The notes below the pieces were generated by a model, which saw only the letters and a program-made list of their open reading frames with translations, was not told where the DNA came from and did not search any database. Positions 7,569-15,855 of a stretch of 25,272 nucleotides of DNA are shown piece after piece. This DNA comes from a virus (Duplodnaviria > Caudoviricetes): positions 1 to 25,272 of the IMG/VR virus record IMGVR_UViG_3300042568_000961; one strand, written 5' to 3'. The position numbers were made by a program, and so were the translations under genes. Position 1 is the stretch's first letter, and each line of letters begins with the position of its first letter.

Positions 7569-8141
7569 TCAAACTCCCTGCTTATATGTAAAATCTCTGA
7601 AATTCATCAAAACTGTATATGTTAGATATTCGTTTGCTTTAAACATGCTTAGTTCCAATGGCAAACATTCGAGTGGAAATATTTCAAAAAAGGTATATGT
7701 AGTATTTGGATTTCCATTTGGATCCAATAAACTAATTTTCATCGATGTATTTGCTACTAAAGTATCATAATATCCAAGTTCAAACGCACTACTTAAGTTT
7801 CCGCGTTGTCTTCCACCAGAATAAATTTTATTAAACCAGGAATCAAAGAATAGTGGAATAAAGTTGTCATTTGTTACGGCAAATGTCAACAGAACTCCCT
7901 GGGGAAATTTTTGGCTTCTTGGAATAACTCTTCCGATTCCATAACCAGCAAGACCATCAGCAACCGTATCAATGGCTCTTGCTCCGATAGTCACTGAAAG
8001 TGGATTTACATCTTGGTTGGACAGCGGCAATAAACCGGATGGCAAATTGATAAAAGATAAAGAAAATCTGTTGGTTCTCTGTAACCCTTTATGTCTATTG
8101 AAAAAATCCTTGATTCCTATTATCGAATTATTGTTTGGCAT
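7569..8141 (-). CDS. gp54: Tail-tube-fold baseplate protein (gp54-like tube initiator)
   Basis: GLQRTNRF, FFDSWFNKI, GYYD, YTFFEIFP, TVLMNFR are tube-family motifs. Position next to gp4 and gp26. Confidence 0.65.
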   Translation of the reverse strand: MPNNNSIIGIKDFFNRHKGLQRTNRFSLSFINLPSGLLPLSNQDVNPLSVTIGARAIDTVADGLAGYGIGRVIPRSQKFPQGVLLTFAVTNDNFIPLFFDSWFNKIYSGGRQRGNLSSAFELGYYDTLVANTSMKISLLDPNGNPNTTYTFFEIFPLECLPLELSMFKANEYLTYTVLMNFRDFTYKQGV

Positions 8142-8553
8142 TGCTGAATAGATCTTTTTCTGTTATGATTTTAAAAACCATTTTGTTTTTTTCGCAATAT
8201 GCTTGGGCTGCTTGCCATTTAGCATTATTGATCACCCAAGTATATTTTTCTTTTTTAGATGCATTTTCCTTTAAAAAAGTTTGTTTCTTTGGCTTTACTT
8301 CCACCATCCAGGTTTTGATACCATCTTTTCCGTTAAACTGTATTAAAAAATCTGGAAAATAGTTATGAACTTTTTGATCTATAGGACTCATATAGGGGAT
8401 GGCAATTTCTTCTGAAGACCATTTTATTACTTCTGGGTGTTCATCGCAAAACGTACATACATTTCGTTCCCATAATGATCTACATACAATCTTTGAAACA
8501 TCCCCGGCATACTTTTTAGGATTTTTTGGATTAAAAACGGTTTTGTATGCCAT
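8128..8553 (-). CDS. gp4: Head completion nuclease gp4 (TnsA-like PD-(D/E)xK)
   Basis: FNPKNPKKY.GD...CRSLWER, WSSEEIAIPY, YFPDF, VEVKP, NNAKWQAA, FKIITE. Confidence 0.93.
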   Translation of the reverse strand: MAYKTVFNPKNPKKYAGDVSKIVCRSLWERNVCTFCDEHPEVIKWSSEEIAIPYMSPIDQKVHNYFPDFLIQFNGKDGIKTWMVEVKPKKQTFLKENASKKEKYTWVINNAKWQAAQAYCEKNKMVFKIITEKDLFSNAKQ

Positions 8554-8558
8554 AAGAA

Positions 8559-8581
8559 TATTTAGAAAATTTATCTAAATA
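8559..8581. promoter_or_regulatory. Back-to-back late promoters (CTAAATA on each strand)
   Basis: TATTTAG-aaaatttat-CTAAATA in the 34-nt gap between divergent gp4 and gp48. Confidence 0.75.
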
Positions 8582-8587
8582 ATAGTA

Positions 8588-9409
8588 ATGGCCAAGTATA
8601 ACTTTCAATATCCTTATGGACTAGCAGCCGCAGAACAACCATTGTGGCTAAATTTTTGGTCTGCCGAATATTCTTTGAGAAACTACGAACGGACCCGGGA
8701 GGGTGTAATAAATAGAGCATTTGCTCGTCTTTCGTTACCAATGCCCAGGGAACCCGGATATTTGATCGGACATGAATACGGCGAAAGCAACAATAATCCC
8801 GTAGGCCCAATATTGAGTAGGGCTGGTGTTGCAAATGCAGGCGGTGGACTTGGTGGCGCTTTAAATGTATTAAAAAGATCATTGCAGCCAGCAACATTTT
8901 ACTGGGAACGCGCATTTGCAACCAGTACTTATAGAAGATTCAGCAACATTGCTGAATATACAATGGTATCAGAAGGAAGAAAAAAATATTTCTTCCAATA
9001 TGCATTTACACCAAAAAACGAAGCCGAAACGATTCAAATAGAAAATATTGTTGGTACTTTTAGAAAAAGCTCATATCCTACAGTAGCTTCTGGTTTACCA
9101 GAAAGAAGTTATCCACAAAATTTATGGGCAATAAAAGTTACTCAAGGAAATGCGAGGGCTTTCGGTGGAGAATCCAATTTAACAGCCAACTGGCTTGGTG
9201 AGCCTTTAGTGTGTGTTTTGGAAACTGTAAAGGTTCAGAAGAATGATGAATCCGATCCTATAATAAGATTTTTACCCAATGGTGCTTCTTCTATAACTTT
9301 GCTTGGTTTAGTTTTTACAGAGTTTGAAACGGGAACGTATGATCCGAGATCTAATTCAATTATCTCTAAATCAGAAATATCTACTCGCTATTTTGGTCCA
9401 TCATCATGA
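8588..9409 (+). CDS. gp48: Baseplate tail-tube cap gp48
   Basis: LSLPMP, RKKYFFQYAFTPKNEAETIQIENIVGTFRKSSYP, CVLETVKV, LVFTE. Divergent from gp4 and followed by gp53. Confidence 0.8.
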   Translation: MAKYNFQYPYGLAAAEQPLWLNFWSAEYSLRNYERTREGVINRAFARLSLPMPREPGYLIGHEYGESNNNPVGPILSRAGVANAGGGLGGALNVLKRSLQPATFYWERAFATSTYRRFSNIAEYTMVSEGRKKYFFQYAFTPKNEAETIQIENIVGTFRKSSYPTVASGLPERSYPQNLWAIKVTQGNARAFGGESNLTANWLGEPLVCVLETVKVQKNDESDPIIRFLPNGASSITLLGLVFTEFETGTYDPRSNSIISKSEISTRYFGPSS

Positions 9410-10245
9410 AATTTTTTACTAATTTACCTAAAACAACTTTTTCTTCTACCATAGGTTCTTTTACTATATCAGATTTTTTTACTTATTTGGATATAGAATC
9501 TGCTTTTATAGAAGAAGGTACTGTAACTATTGATAACAAAACAACTCTGGTAGAAGCCGCAGCAACTGTATATCAGGACCCAAATAGTTTTTGGGCATTT
9601 GTAGCTGCCAACAATACTGTTAATCCTTTTGACTTACTTGCCGACAATGCTACGGATTTTGCTGAAATAGAACAGAATAAAATAAGTTTTTTGCTATTTC
9701 CTAACGCAACAGATGTTACTGGCGGGTCAGCCTTTACCGAGGGTAGTTTAATTTTTCCTTATGCTTCGAATACTGGTGCATGCTATCTTTACGGATATAC
9801 GGGAAATTATGATATAAGTGGGGCATATGCCATAATTGAAAATTCATCATATTACGATGGGTATATGACAATAGGTACACAATACAACACAGCTACACCA
9901 TTTATATCAGTTGCAACTGGCCCGGAACAGTTAGTTGTTGTACAAAAAAATTCTGATGGAACATATACTTGGCAGGGAGTGTTTTACGCCAAGAACAAAA
10001 AGCAAGCGGGAAATAAAATTGAGTTTATAACAAACCCTGAAGATGCTAAAGTTATCTATAAGGAAGCCGTATCATCCAACATAACTATAGATGAACTGTT
10101 GGCAGAATCTACTCCAATAGCAGGAGCTACAGTAGCAACAACAGCACAACAAAATATTGATACGATTTCCAAAACAATTCAAGCATATGTTCCAAGTAAA
10201 CTTGGGTTTATACAATCTTCATTTGTGACTACAAAATATAATTAA
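9406..10245 (+). CDS. gp53: Baseplate wedge subunit gp53
   Basis: MKFFTNLP start and LysM-like AATVYQDPNSFWAFVAANNTVNPF. ATGA-coupled to gp48. Confidence 0.75.
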   Translation: MKFFTNLPKTTFSSTIGSFTISDFFTYLDIESAFIEEGTVTIDNKTTLVEAAATVYQDPNSFWAFVAANNTVNPFDLLADNATDFAEIEQNKISFLLFPNATDVTGGSAFTEGSLIFPYASNTGACYLYGYTGNYDISGAYAIIENSSYYDGYMTIGTQYNTATPFISVATGPEQLVVVQKNSDGTYTWQGVFYAKNKKQAGNKIEFITNPEDAKVIYKEAVSSNITIDELLAESTPIAGATVATTAQQNIDTISKTIQAYVPSKLGFIQSSFVTTKYN

Positions 10246-10247
10246 TC

Positions 10248-12458
10248 ATGGCCAACACAGAATCACGTTTTAATCCAGCATATTCAACCATTAAATCTAT
10301 TTTTTTAGGTGGAATAGACGTTTTAAAACAAAATAATATTTGTAGATTTGAACGTTTAGAAACTGTAGAGAATGTAAATGAAGTATTTCCAAGAGGTGTT
10401 TTGCTTCTTGTAGATCTAAACGATGTTGTCACTTATATTGGTGGTTCTGGGTCTTCATCTATTACTATAGAATTTTTTGATGGGAGTACTTGGTTTGGAG
10501 ACATAACTAGCGTAAGTTACGAAAATAATGCTGCTTCTGATACAGAAGAGACAATGGTAACTGTACACTTTACAAATTCTTATTACAAATATTTTTCTAG
10601 TCATTCATTAAATGAATTGCTTGGATTCAAAAAACCAAATGTTTATCAAATTACAGATTTTGTAGGTATGATGAAAAATTGGGTTTTTGGTGCCAGTGGT
10701 TCAAATCAAGGATATATTGATCCAGCTAAAAATTATTTTTTATACAAACCGCTAAACCCATTTGATCTTGGCGATGAAATGCCATCCGACAATGCTATCG
10801 AATTGATGAATTACTTGACAACATGTGCAATTGATCCAAAAACAAATGTGCCAAACTTTTTGTTTTGGACATCATTTGGGGGTGGTGTAAACTTTAAAGC
10901 ATTTAGATCTGATCCTGCAATGGATCCCAGTTTTGCATCAATAAATGCTGATTATAGAAATTTTGCAATATATGATGGAGACAATGTATTACAAAAAATA
11001 TCTTCATCAGATAGTAAAAAATATCGTAAAATCTATTGGATGACCACCAATCCAGGATTTCAATGGGTTTCTAAAAATTATTATTATATTAGAAAAACAC
11101 CAAAATATGTTGATAAATTAAACCGCCAAAGCGTTCCAGATGGTTTAACTGGCGAAGCATTGATCAATGCAATAAATGAAGCGGACGCAGCTGAGGCCAA
11201 ACAAGCTTTAAAAGATCTATCATTTCAATTTCAAGATGATGGACAAAAATATAATATTGATGTGGTTACCACAACCGGCCGAGGAACTCAAGCTCCACCG
11301 GGAGGAAATTACATATATCCAGAAAATAATTGGGGATATTATGAATTGTCGTCCCCTACAAATGATATATCTATAAACAGTCTTCTTGGTAATGAATTTG
11401 GAACATCAAATGCGTATAAAAGTATGAATTTGATGGGATTAAATGGATTTATGCCATATCTTGATAGTCCGGATATGTGGAAAAATATGTTTAATCTTAC
11501 TCCTGTGCATCCACATCATCCATTTGAAAGAACTATAAATCCGGAAACTGGAATTTCTGGTAGTGATACAATACTTCAAAAAATTATTGATATTAGATAT
11601 GATGTCTTCAAAGGAAATGCTGGGGGATCTGGTTCATCTGGGTCATCTGGATCAAGTGGAGGATCAAGTGGGGGGTCAAATGGTGAGTCTGGTGCTTCTG
11701 GTTCTGTTGGGTCAACAGATATGTTGACTCAATTAAGAAATATAGAAGCTCAAAATTTTATAATGTATTCTTTATGTTGTATGGGAAAAAGAGAAGATTG
11801 TTTCTTTGCAGTTTTGCAGCGGTATGAACCAGATACTGCATACTACACCACGGGAACAACAGGAAGTACCGGAAGTACCGGTGCTACAGGTGGATCGAGC
11901 GGGACCAGCGGATCAAGTGGAACGAGTGGTTCCAGTGGGCCTTATTTACCAAATGGGGCAAAATTTTATAGGTATAAATGGAATAAAATTAATTTTAACG
12001 GTAACTGTGGTTCTTCAGGATCGTCCGGTGCATCGGGAAGTTCGGGATCTTCTGGTGGTATAACACCAGTAGGTTCTGGTGGTGCTTCATTTTTAGTTGG
12101 ATCTAGCGGATCTAGCGGATCTAGTGGTTCAAGCGGATCCAGTGGAGGTAATACATATCAAGTACATCAGCTGGAACTCTGGGAATTGGATCCTACTATT
12201 AAATCTAGTGAAACACAAGATGCAACTTGGGCAATTAATTTAAATGAGCGTGGACTTTCTGCTGGTTATCTACCACCTGGATGGGTTAAAACAAGCACCG
12301 GTAATTTTAAATACAGGCCAATTGGGGCCAGTGCGTCTAGTAATATTACTTCTTCGGCTGATATAAATCATATTGCTAGAGTCTGTATAGAGCAAATAGA
12401 TGGTAATAATAAAGTAGTTTATTTCTGGGCAGAAAACGTTTTGGATGGAGAATGCTAA
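10248..12458 (+). CDS. Putative baseplate hub protein (gp27-like N-terminus) with Gly/Ser tracts
   Basis: N-terminal LETVENVNEVFPRGVLLLVD and AIELMNYL...FLFWTS...VNFK resemble hub domains; gene position after gp53. Confidence 0.5.
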   Translation: MANTESRFNPAYSTIKSIFLGGIDVLKQNNICRFERLETVENVNEVFPRGVLLLVDLNDVVTYIGGSGSSSITIEFFDGSTWFGDITSVSYENNAASDTEETMVTVHFTNSYYKYFSSHSLNELLGFKKPNVYQITDFVGMMKNWVFGASGSNQGYIDPAKNYFLYKPLNPFDLGDEMPSDNAIELMNYLTTCAIDPKTNVPNFLFWTSFGGGVNFKAFRSDPAMDPSFASINADYRNFAIYDGDNVLQKISSSDSKKYRKIYWMTTNPGFQWVSKNYYYIRKTPKYVDKLNRQSVPDGLTGEALINAINEADAAEAKQALKDLSFQFQDDGQKYNIDVVTTTGRGTQAPPGGNYIYPENNWGYYELSSPTNDISINSLLGNEFGTSNAYKSMNLMGLNGFMPYLDSPDMWKNMFNLTPVHPHHPFERTINPETGISGSDTILQKIIDIRYDVFKGNAGGSGSSGSSGSSGGSSGGSNGESGASGSVGSTDMLTQLRNIEAQNFIMYSLCCMGKREDCFFAVLQRYEPDTAYYTTGTTGSTGSTGATGGSSGTSGSSGTSGSSGPYLPNGAKFYRYKWNKINFNGNCGSSGSSGASGSSGSSGGITPVGSGGASFLVGSSGSSGSSGSSGSSGGNTYQVHQLELWELDPTIKSSETQDATWAINLNERGLSAGYLPPGWVKTSTGNFKYRPIGASASSNITSSADINHIARVCIEQIDGNNKVVYFWAENVLDGEC
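11622..11714 (+). repeat. Coding (G-S-S)n low-complexity tract
   Basis: GGSGSSGSSGSSGGSSGGSNGESGASGSVGS, with varied synonymous codons. Confidence 0.85.
11847..11940 (+). repeat. Coding G-x-[S/T] tract
   Basis: TTGTTGSTGSTGATGGSSGTSGSSGTSGSSG; includes GGAAGTACC x2. Confidence 0.85.
12009..12149 (+). repeat. Coding (G-S-S)n tracts
   Basis: GSSGSSGASGSSGSSGG...GSSGSSGSSGSSGSSGG; GGATCTAGY x3 at 12099-12125. Confidence 0.85.
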
Positions 12459-12459
12459 A

Positions 12460-13311
12460 ATGGCACCGAGTGGAAAACAAATTGTAACTTACGGTACGAA
12501 TGAAGGGCAGGAAGCCTTTTATCCAGTAACATCTAAAGGTTCATACGAATGTGCAAACGCAGCAATTACACGCGGTGTAACCTCAATACCAGGATCTCTT
12601 GATGACTGTTTTTCCAGATTTCCATATATTAGGACGATAGCAAGCGCCATAGGGTTTATATCTTCTGGTAGTTCCGGAAGCTCTGGTAGTTCTGGTAGTT
12701 CCGGTGGTTCCGGTGGTTCTGGTGCAAGTGGTGGATCTGAAGGATCTTCGGGATATACTTTATGGGAAGGTCCACAAGGCAACCCACCTTCATTTGAAGA
12801 AATTTTAAATTTTAAACCTATAAGTCTTTATTTTGATGATGCTTCACAGGAATGTATAAAGGTTGAAAATGATCCATTTCTGGGTAAATCATTTTTAGGT
12901 TGTTTATGGGGTACACCTTCTGCATCTTATAGTTGCGTATGCCCCCAGGTTGGTGCTCTATATCATGCTTATATTCGATTGCGTTTGAATGATGCATCTT
13001 TCTGGGATACCCCTGTCGAAACACCAGTAAAAAGAACAGAATTTGTTGATTCATTGCAATATGCAAATAAAATAGATATTACCGTTGCCGGTGATTTTAA
13101 ATTAAAGGTAGGCCAGGTAGTTAATGTTTCCGTTGCAGGCACGAGCCTTTATCCAAAAGCTGGATCATATTTAAATGGTGCCTACTACATTGTAGGCATT
13201 AAGCATGTTATCAACAATTCCGGAACACATGAGAGTGCTCTATCTCTTTCTCAAGTTTTACCCCTGGGAAGCAGCCCTTCAGCATCAGGTAGTTCGGGGG
13301 GATCTACCTAA
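12460..13311 (+). CDS. Protein carrying the C-terminal gp27/hub-type beta domain
   Basis: ITVAGDFKLKVGQVVNV...LNGAYYIVGIKHVI is the hub C-terminal signature. ATG 12460 has a GGAG SD; the track start is 12445. Confidence 0.65.
   Translation: MAPSGKQIVTYGTNEGQEAFYPVTSKGSYECANAAITRGVTSIPGSLDDCFSRFPYIRTIASAIGFISSGSSGSSGSSGSSGGSGGSGASGGSEGSSGYTLWEGPQGNPPSFEEILNFKPISLYFDDASQECIKVENDPFLGKSFLGCLWGTPSASYSCVCPQVGALYHAYIRLRLNDASFWDTPVETPVKRTEFVDSLQYANKIDITVAGDFKLKVGQVVNVSVAGTSLYPKAGSYLNGAYYIVGIKHVINNSGTHESALSLSQVLPLGSSPSASGSSGGST
12661..12753 (+). repeat. Coding (G-S-S)n tract
   Basis: SSGSSGSSGSSGSSGGSGGSGASGGSEGSSG. Confidence 0.85.
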
Positions 13312-13320
13312 TAAATTTCT

Positions 13321-13328
13321 TATAAATA
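13321..13328 (+). promoter_or_regulatory. T4 late promoter consensus TATAAATA
   Basis: Exact consensus, intergenic, 7 nt before the gp25 ATG. Confidence 0.75.
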
Positions 13329-13335
13329 TTGATAA

Positions 13336-13713
13336 ATGCTTAAAGATTTTTCCATTTTATTAGAAAAAATTAATACCAAAGCGGTAAAAAAAGATATTTC
13401 TTTGGTAAGTGGATTTAATGCATATTCTCAGTATATTGAAAATGTCTGCAAAACTCAAAAAGGTGAATTGGTTGCGGATTTAAATTTTGGATCCGATTAC
13501 TTTTCTTATATTTTTTCTGGACAAAATGATGTGGGTGGGCTGGAGGCTGCGCTGGCATCTTACATTCAAGCATCCATTCCTCAGATTTATGATGTAAAAG
13601 TTACTCTTCAGTATGCATCCGAAACAGTATATCAATTTTTTATTGTATATTCTCTTAATAACGGAATAAATAGTCAAAACAACGCAAGTACCTTTATAGA
13701 GGTAGAACTCTAA
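13336..13713 (+). CDS. gp25: Baseplate wedge / sheath initiator gp25
   Basis: KDFS...KDI...SQYIENVCKTQKGE...NFGSD; 125 aa; precedes gp6. Confidence 0.8.
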   Translation: MLKDFSILLEKINTKAVKKDISLVSGFNAYSQYIENVCKTQKGELVADLNFGSDYFSYIFSGQNDVGGLEAALASYIQASIPQIYDVKVTLQYASETVYQFFIVYSLNNGINSQNNASTFIEVEL

Positions 13714-14792
13714 TGACATACCAAATACAAAATTTAGACGTCGCCTCTTTAGACTTCGATGATATCAAAGCATCTCTTATTGAATTTTTTAAACAACAGC
13801 CGGATTTAGCAGACATTGATTTTGATAATACTGCCAGCACGGCAAACATGCTGGTAAATATTTTAGCAACGGCAACCGCTTATAACGGTGTTTATGCACA
13901 ATTTGGATATGTAAATTCTTTTGCAACTACCACCACTCTTTTACAGAGTATTCTTGGAATAGCTGCAAATACCTCGGTTTTAGTCTCACCAATACAGGGG
14001 GCGAGTACGACGAGGACTGTAAACGCCAGTGGTGCTACGCTTGAAGACTATGCTACTTTCTTGGCAACCAGTACAAATGGTGCCGATACATATTTTTTCA
14101 ATATTAATAGCGTTCCAATCAGTACAAGTAAATCAATAACATTATATTCTGGGTCGCAGGTTTCAAGCTTTACAAACTATGATTATGAAACCCAATCGTG
14201 TGAACTACCTTATACAGTAGATCCCAGAACTATTAATTTTTATGAAACTGCAACCGGTAGTGGAGTTGTAACAAAATGGACGCGTGTAGACAAGGGAACA
14301 ACCTCAACGACAGATAATAATAAAACATTTACTGTGATAAATGGCCCCAAGGGATACATCGTTACTAATAATTTTGTTACTTCACAAACAATCAGCACCA
14401 ATAGCACCGTTTTAGTAAAAGCAGTAATTTCAAATGGAGACGAGGGCAACAATGCTACCATAAATGCTAGGAGCAATATGGCATTTGCTACATTTGCACA
14501 GCCATTTGGCGGTTATGATCTAATTACAGTAGAACAAGCTCGTTATAAACTTTTATTTAATGCAACTGGCCAGGATCGATGTGTCACCATTAATGATTAT
14601 GTAAATGCCATACTGAGCTCTGGGATTTCGGGAACTGCAAATGAAAGTTTGATTACGGTTCAAAATGATTGCTGTATTCCTGGTCGTGTCAAAGTATATG
14701 TACAAGGATTGTCTTCGGCAAACCAGACCTACTTGATGGCGTATTTGAGTCCAAAAATTGCTGCCGGAATAACTTTGGTGTACGAACAATGA
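13713..14792 (+). CDS. gp6: Baseplate wedge subunit gp6 (short form)
   Basis: LDVASLDFDDIKASLIEFFKQQ...DIDF...MLVNILA, QDRCVTINDY, PGRVKVYV. Confidence 0.85.
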   Translation: MTYQIQNLDVASLDFDDIKASLIEFFKQQPDLADIDFDNTASTANMLVNILATATAYNGVYAQFGYVNSFATTTTLLQSILGIAANTSVLVSPIQGASTTRTVNASGATLEDYATFLATSTNGADTYFFNINSVPISTSKSITLYSGSQVSSFTNYDYETQSCELPYTVDPRTINFYETATGSGVVTKWTRVDKGTTSTTDNNKTFTVINGPKGYIVTNNFVTSQTISTNSTVLVKAVISNGDEGNNATINARSNMAFATFAQPFGGYDLITVEQARYKLLFNATGQDRCVTINDYVNAILSSGISGTANESLITVQNDCCIPGRVKVYVQGLSSANQTYLMAYLSPKIAAGITLVYEQ

Positions 14793-15424
14793 TTTTACTG
14801 TTAGATAACCAAATTTTAAATTTAAATGGTAAAGTTGCTTTTACTGCTCAGAATATAAGTTCTGAGCTTGGAAGTGAATTTAATTCTACGGCTTCCACGC
14901 CGTGGGTTGGTGATCTTTTAACTACAGAATCATTATTTCCACAGTGGATTTTAAAAGAATACAAACAAAATCCAGAAAATGTAACAATAGTACCATTTAT
15001 AAAATATTATTTTAGATGGCTTTTTAGTCAAGATTATGGATATGGGGCTCAACTAGATTGGGAAAATATAAGAGTTCCCGCATATATGAATAATATTTTT
15101 TTAGAGGCTCTGGCGGAATTTTATTTTCCGGGTATGGATTTCAGTGCGACACCATATTCAGATATATTACCAAACATTAGAAAATTTGCAACAAAAATTG
15201 ATGCAAACTATTTTAATCTAAAAGGAACACCGGCAGCTATTAAATATTTAATCTGTGGTTTTTTAGGATTTAATTGGTCCGATGTTTATGTTGTAACTGC
15301 TGGTTATGCTTCATTTGAAATTCAAATAACTTCAGCACAGCTTTCTAATTTACAACAATATGATACCTTCTTAAAAGAATATGTTATTCCTGCGGGAATG
15401 GTTTTACAATATAAGGCTATTTAA
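14789..15424 (+). CDS. Baseplate wedge protein (gp7 N-terminal / P2 gpI-like)
   Basis: LFPQWI...FIKYYFRWL, YFNLKGTPAAIKYL, KEYVIPAGM. True start is likely ATG 14789 (ATGA overlap with the gp6 stop). Confidence 0.7.
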   Translation: MILLLDNQILNLNGKVAFTAQNISSELGSEFNSTASTPWVGDLLTTESLFPQWILKEYKQNPENVTIVPFIKYYFRWLFSQDYGYGAQLDWENIRVPAYMNNIFLEALAEFYFPGMDFSATPYSDILPNIRKFATKIDANYFNLKGTPAAIKYLICGFLGFNWSDVYVVTAGYASFEIQITSAQLSNLQQYDTFLKEYVIPAGMVLQYKAI

Positions 15425-15425
15425 G

Positions 15426-15824
15426 ATGATAAAAAAAATGATGATGTTTGCTGCTTCTCTAGCATCTAGAGGAATCGGCAACAAAAAGGCAGATCTGGAA
15501 ACAAAACAGCTCCGGGTAGTATCTTGCTTCGGTGGTGGTGTTATTGCGAGTCCCTGCCCTTACTTGAAGGAAAGTTCTGATAAAGGAAAACACGTATGCG
15601 GTAGATGTGGATGTGGTGACAAACCACATACAGTTCTCTTAAAAGATGGTGATGAATATGCAAAGTTGGATTACCCTGTTCTGAATTGTCCGGTTCATAT
15701 GCCGGGGTTTTCAAACTATGATCCCAATTTTTTTAATCCAGATATAAAAGAAAGAAAAGAACAAATTGAATCTTTAGATCCGGAATCCATTAAATTTGTC
15801 TCGGTCACAATTGGTGGTAAATAA
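15426..15824 (+). CDS. Cys-rich protein, paralogous to the C-terminus of 191-865
   Basis: RVVSCFG...PCP...CGRCGC...AKLDYPVLNCP. ATG is 1 nt after the upstream TAA. Confidence 0.75.
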   Translation: MIKKMMMFAASLASRGIGNKKADLETKQLRVVSCFGGGVIASPCPYLKESSDKGKHVCGRCGCGDKPHTVLLKDGDEYAKLDYPVLNCPVHMPGFSNYDPNFFNPDIKERKEQIESLDPESIKFVSVTIGGK

Positions 15825-15843
15825 ACAAAATCATTGAAAATAC

Positions 15844-15850
15844 ATAAATA
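15844..15850 (+). promoter_or_regulatory. Late promoter (ATAAATA)
   Basis: Intergenic, 5 nt before the gp13 ATG. Confidence 0.7.
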
Positions 15851-15855
15851 TTTTT

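Noticed and set aside
8128-8553. TnsA-like nuclease as evidence of a transposon
   Set aside because: Motifs and context identify phage gp4; no transposase partners or terminal repeats.
8571-8921. 116-aa minus ORF over gp48, and other short shadow ORFs over structural genes
   Set aside because: They overlap well-supported genes and show no recognisable motifs or translation signals.
12440-12462. Frameshift joining the two hub ORFs
   Set aside because: No slippery heptamer at the junction, and the second ORF has a GGAG SD and its own ATG at 12460.
11622-12753. Short repeats read as a CRISPR array, DGR repeat pair or collagen
   Set aside because: The units are 9-bp in-frame coding repeats without spacers; no RT or cas genes are present; the tracts are short, Pro-free and break register.
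12519-12782. Minus-strand ORF with PELPELPELPE repeat
   Set aside because: It is the antisense reading of the GSS tract.
14669-14788. N-terminal extension of the gp7-like ORF overlapping gp6
   Set aside because: ATGA coupling at 14789 gives a better start. The same reasoning applies to track starts 15381, 17347, 18002 and 12445.
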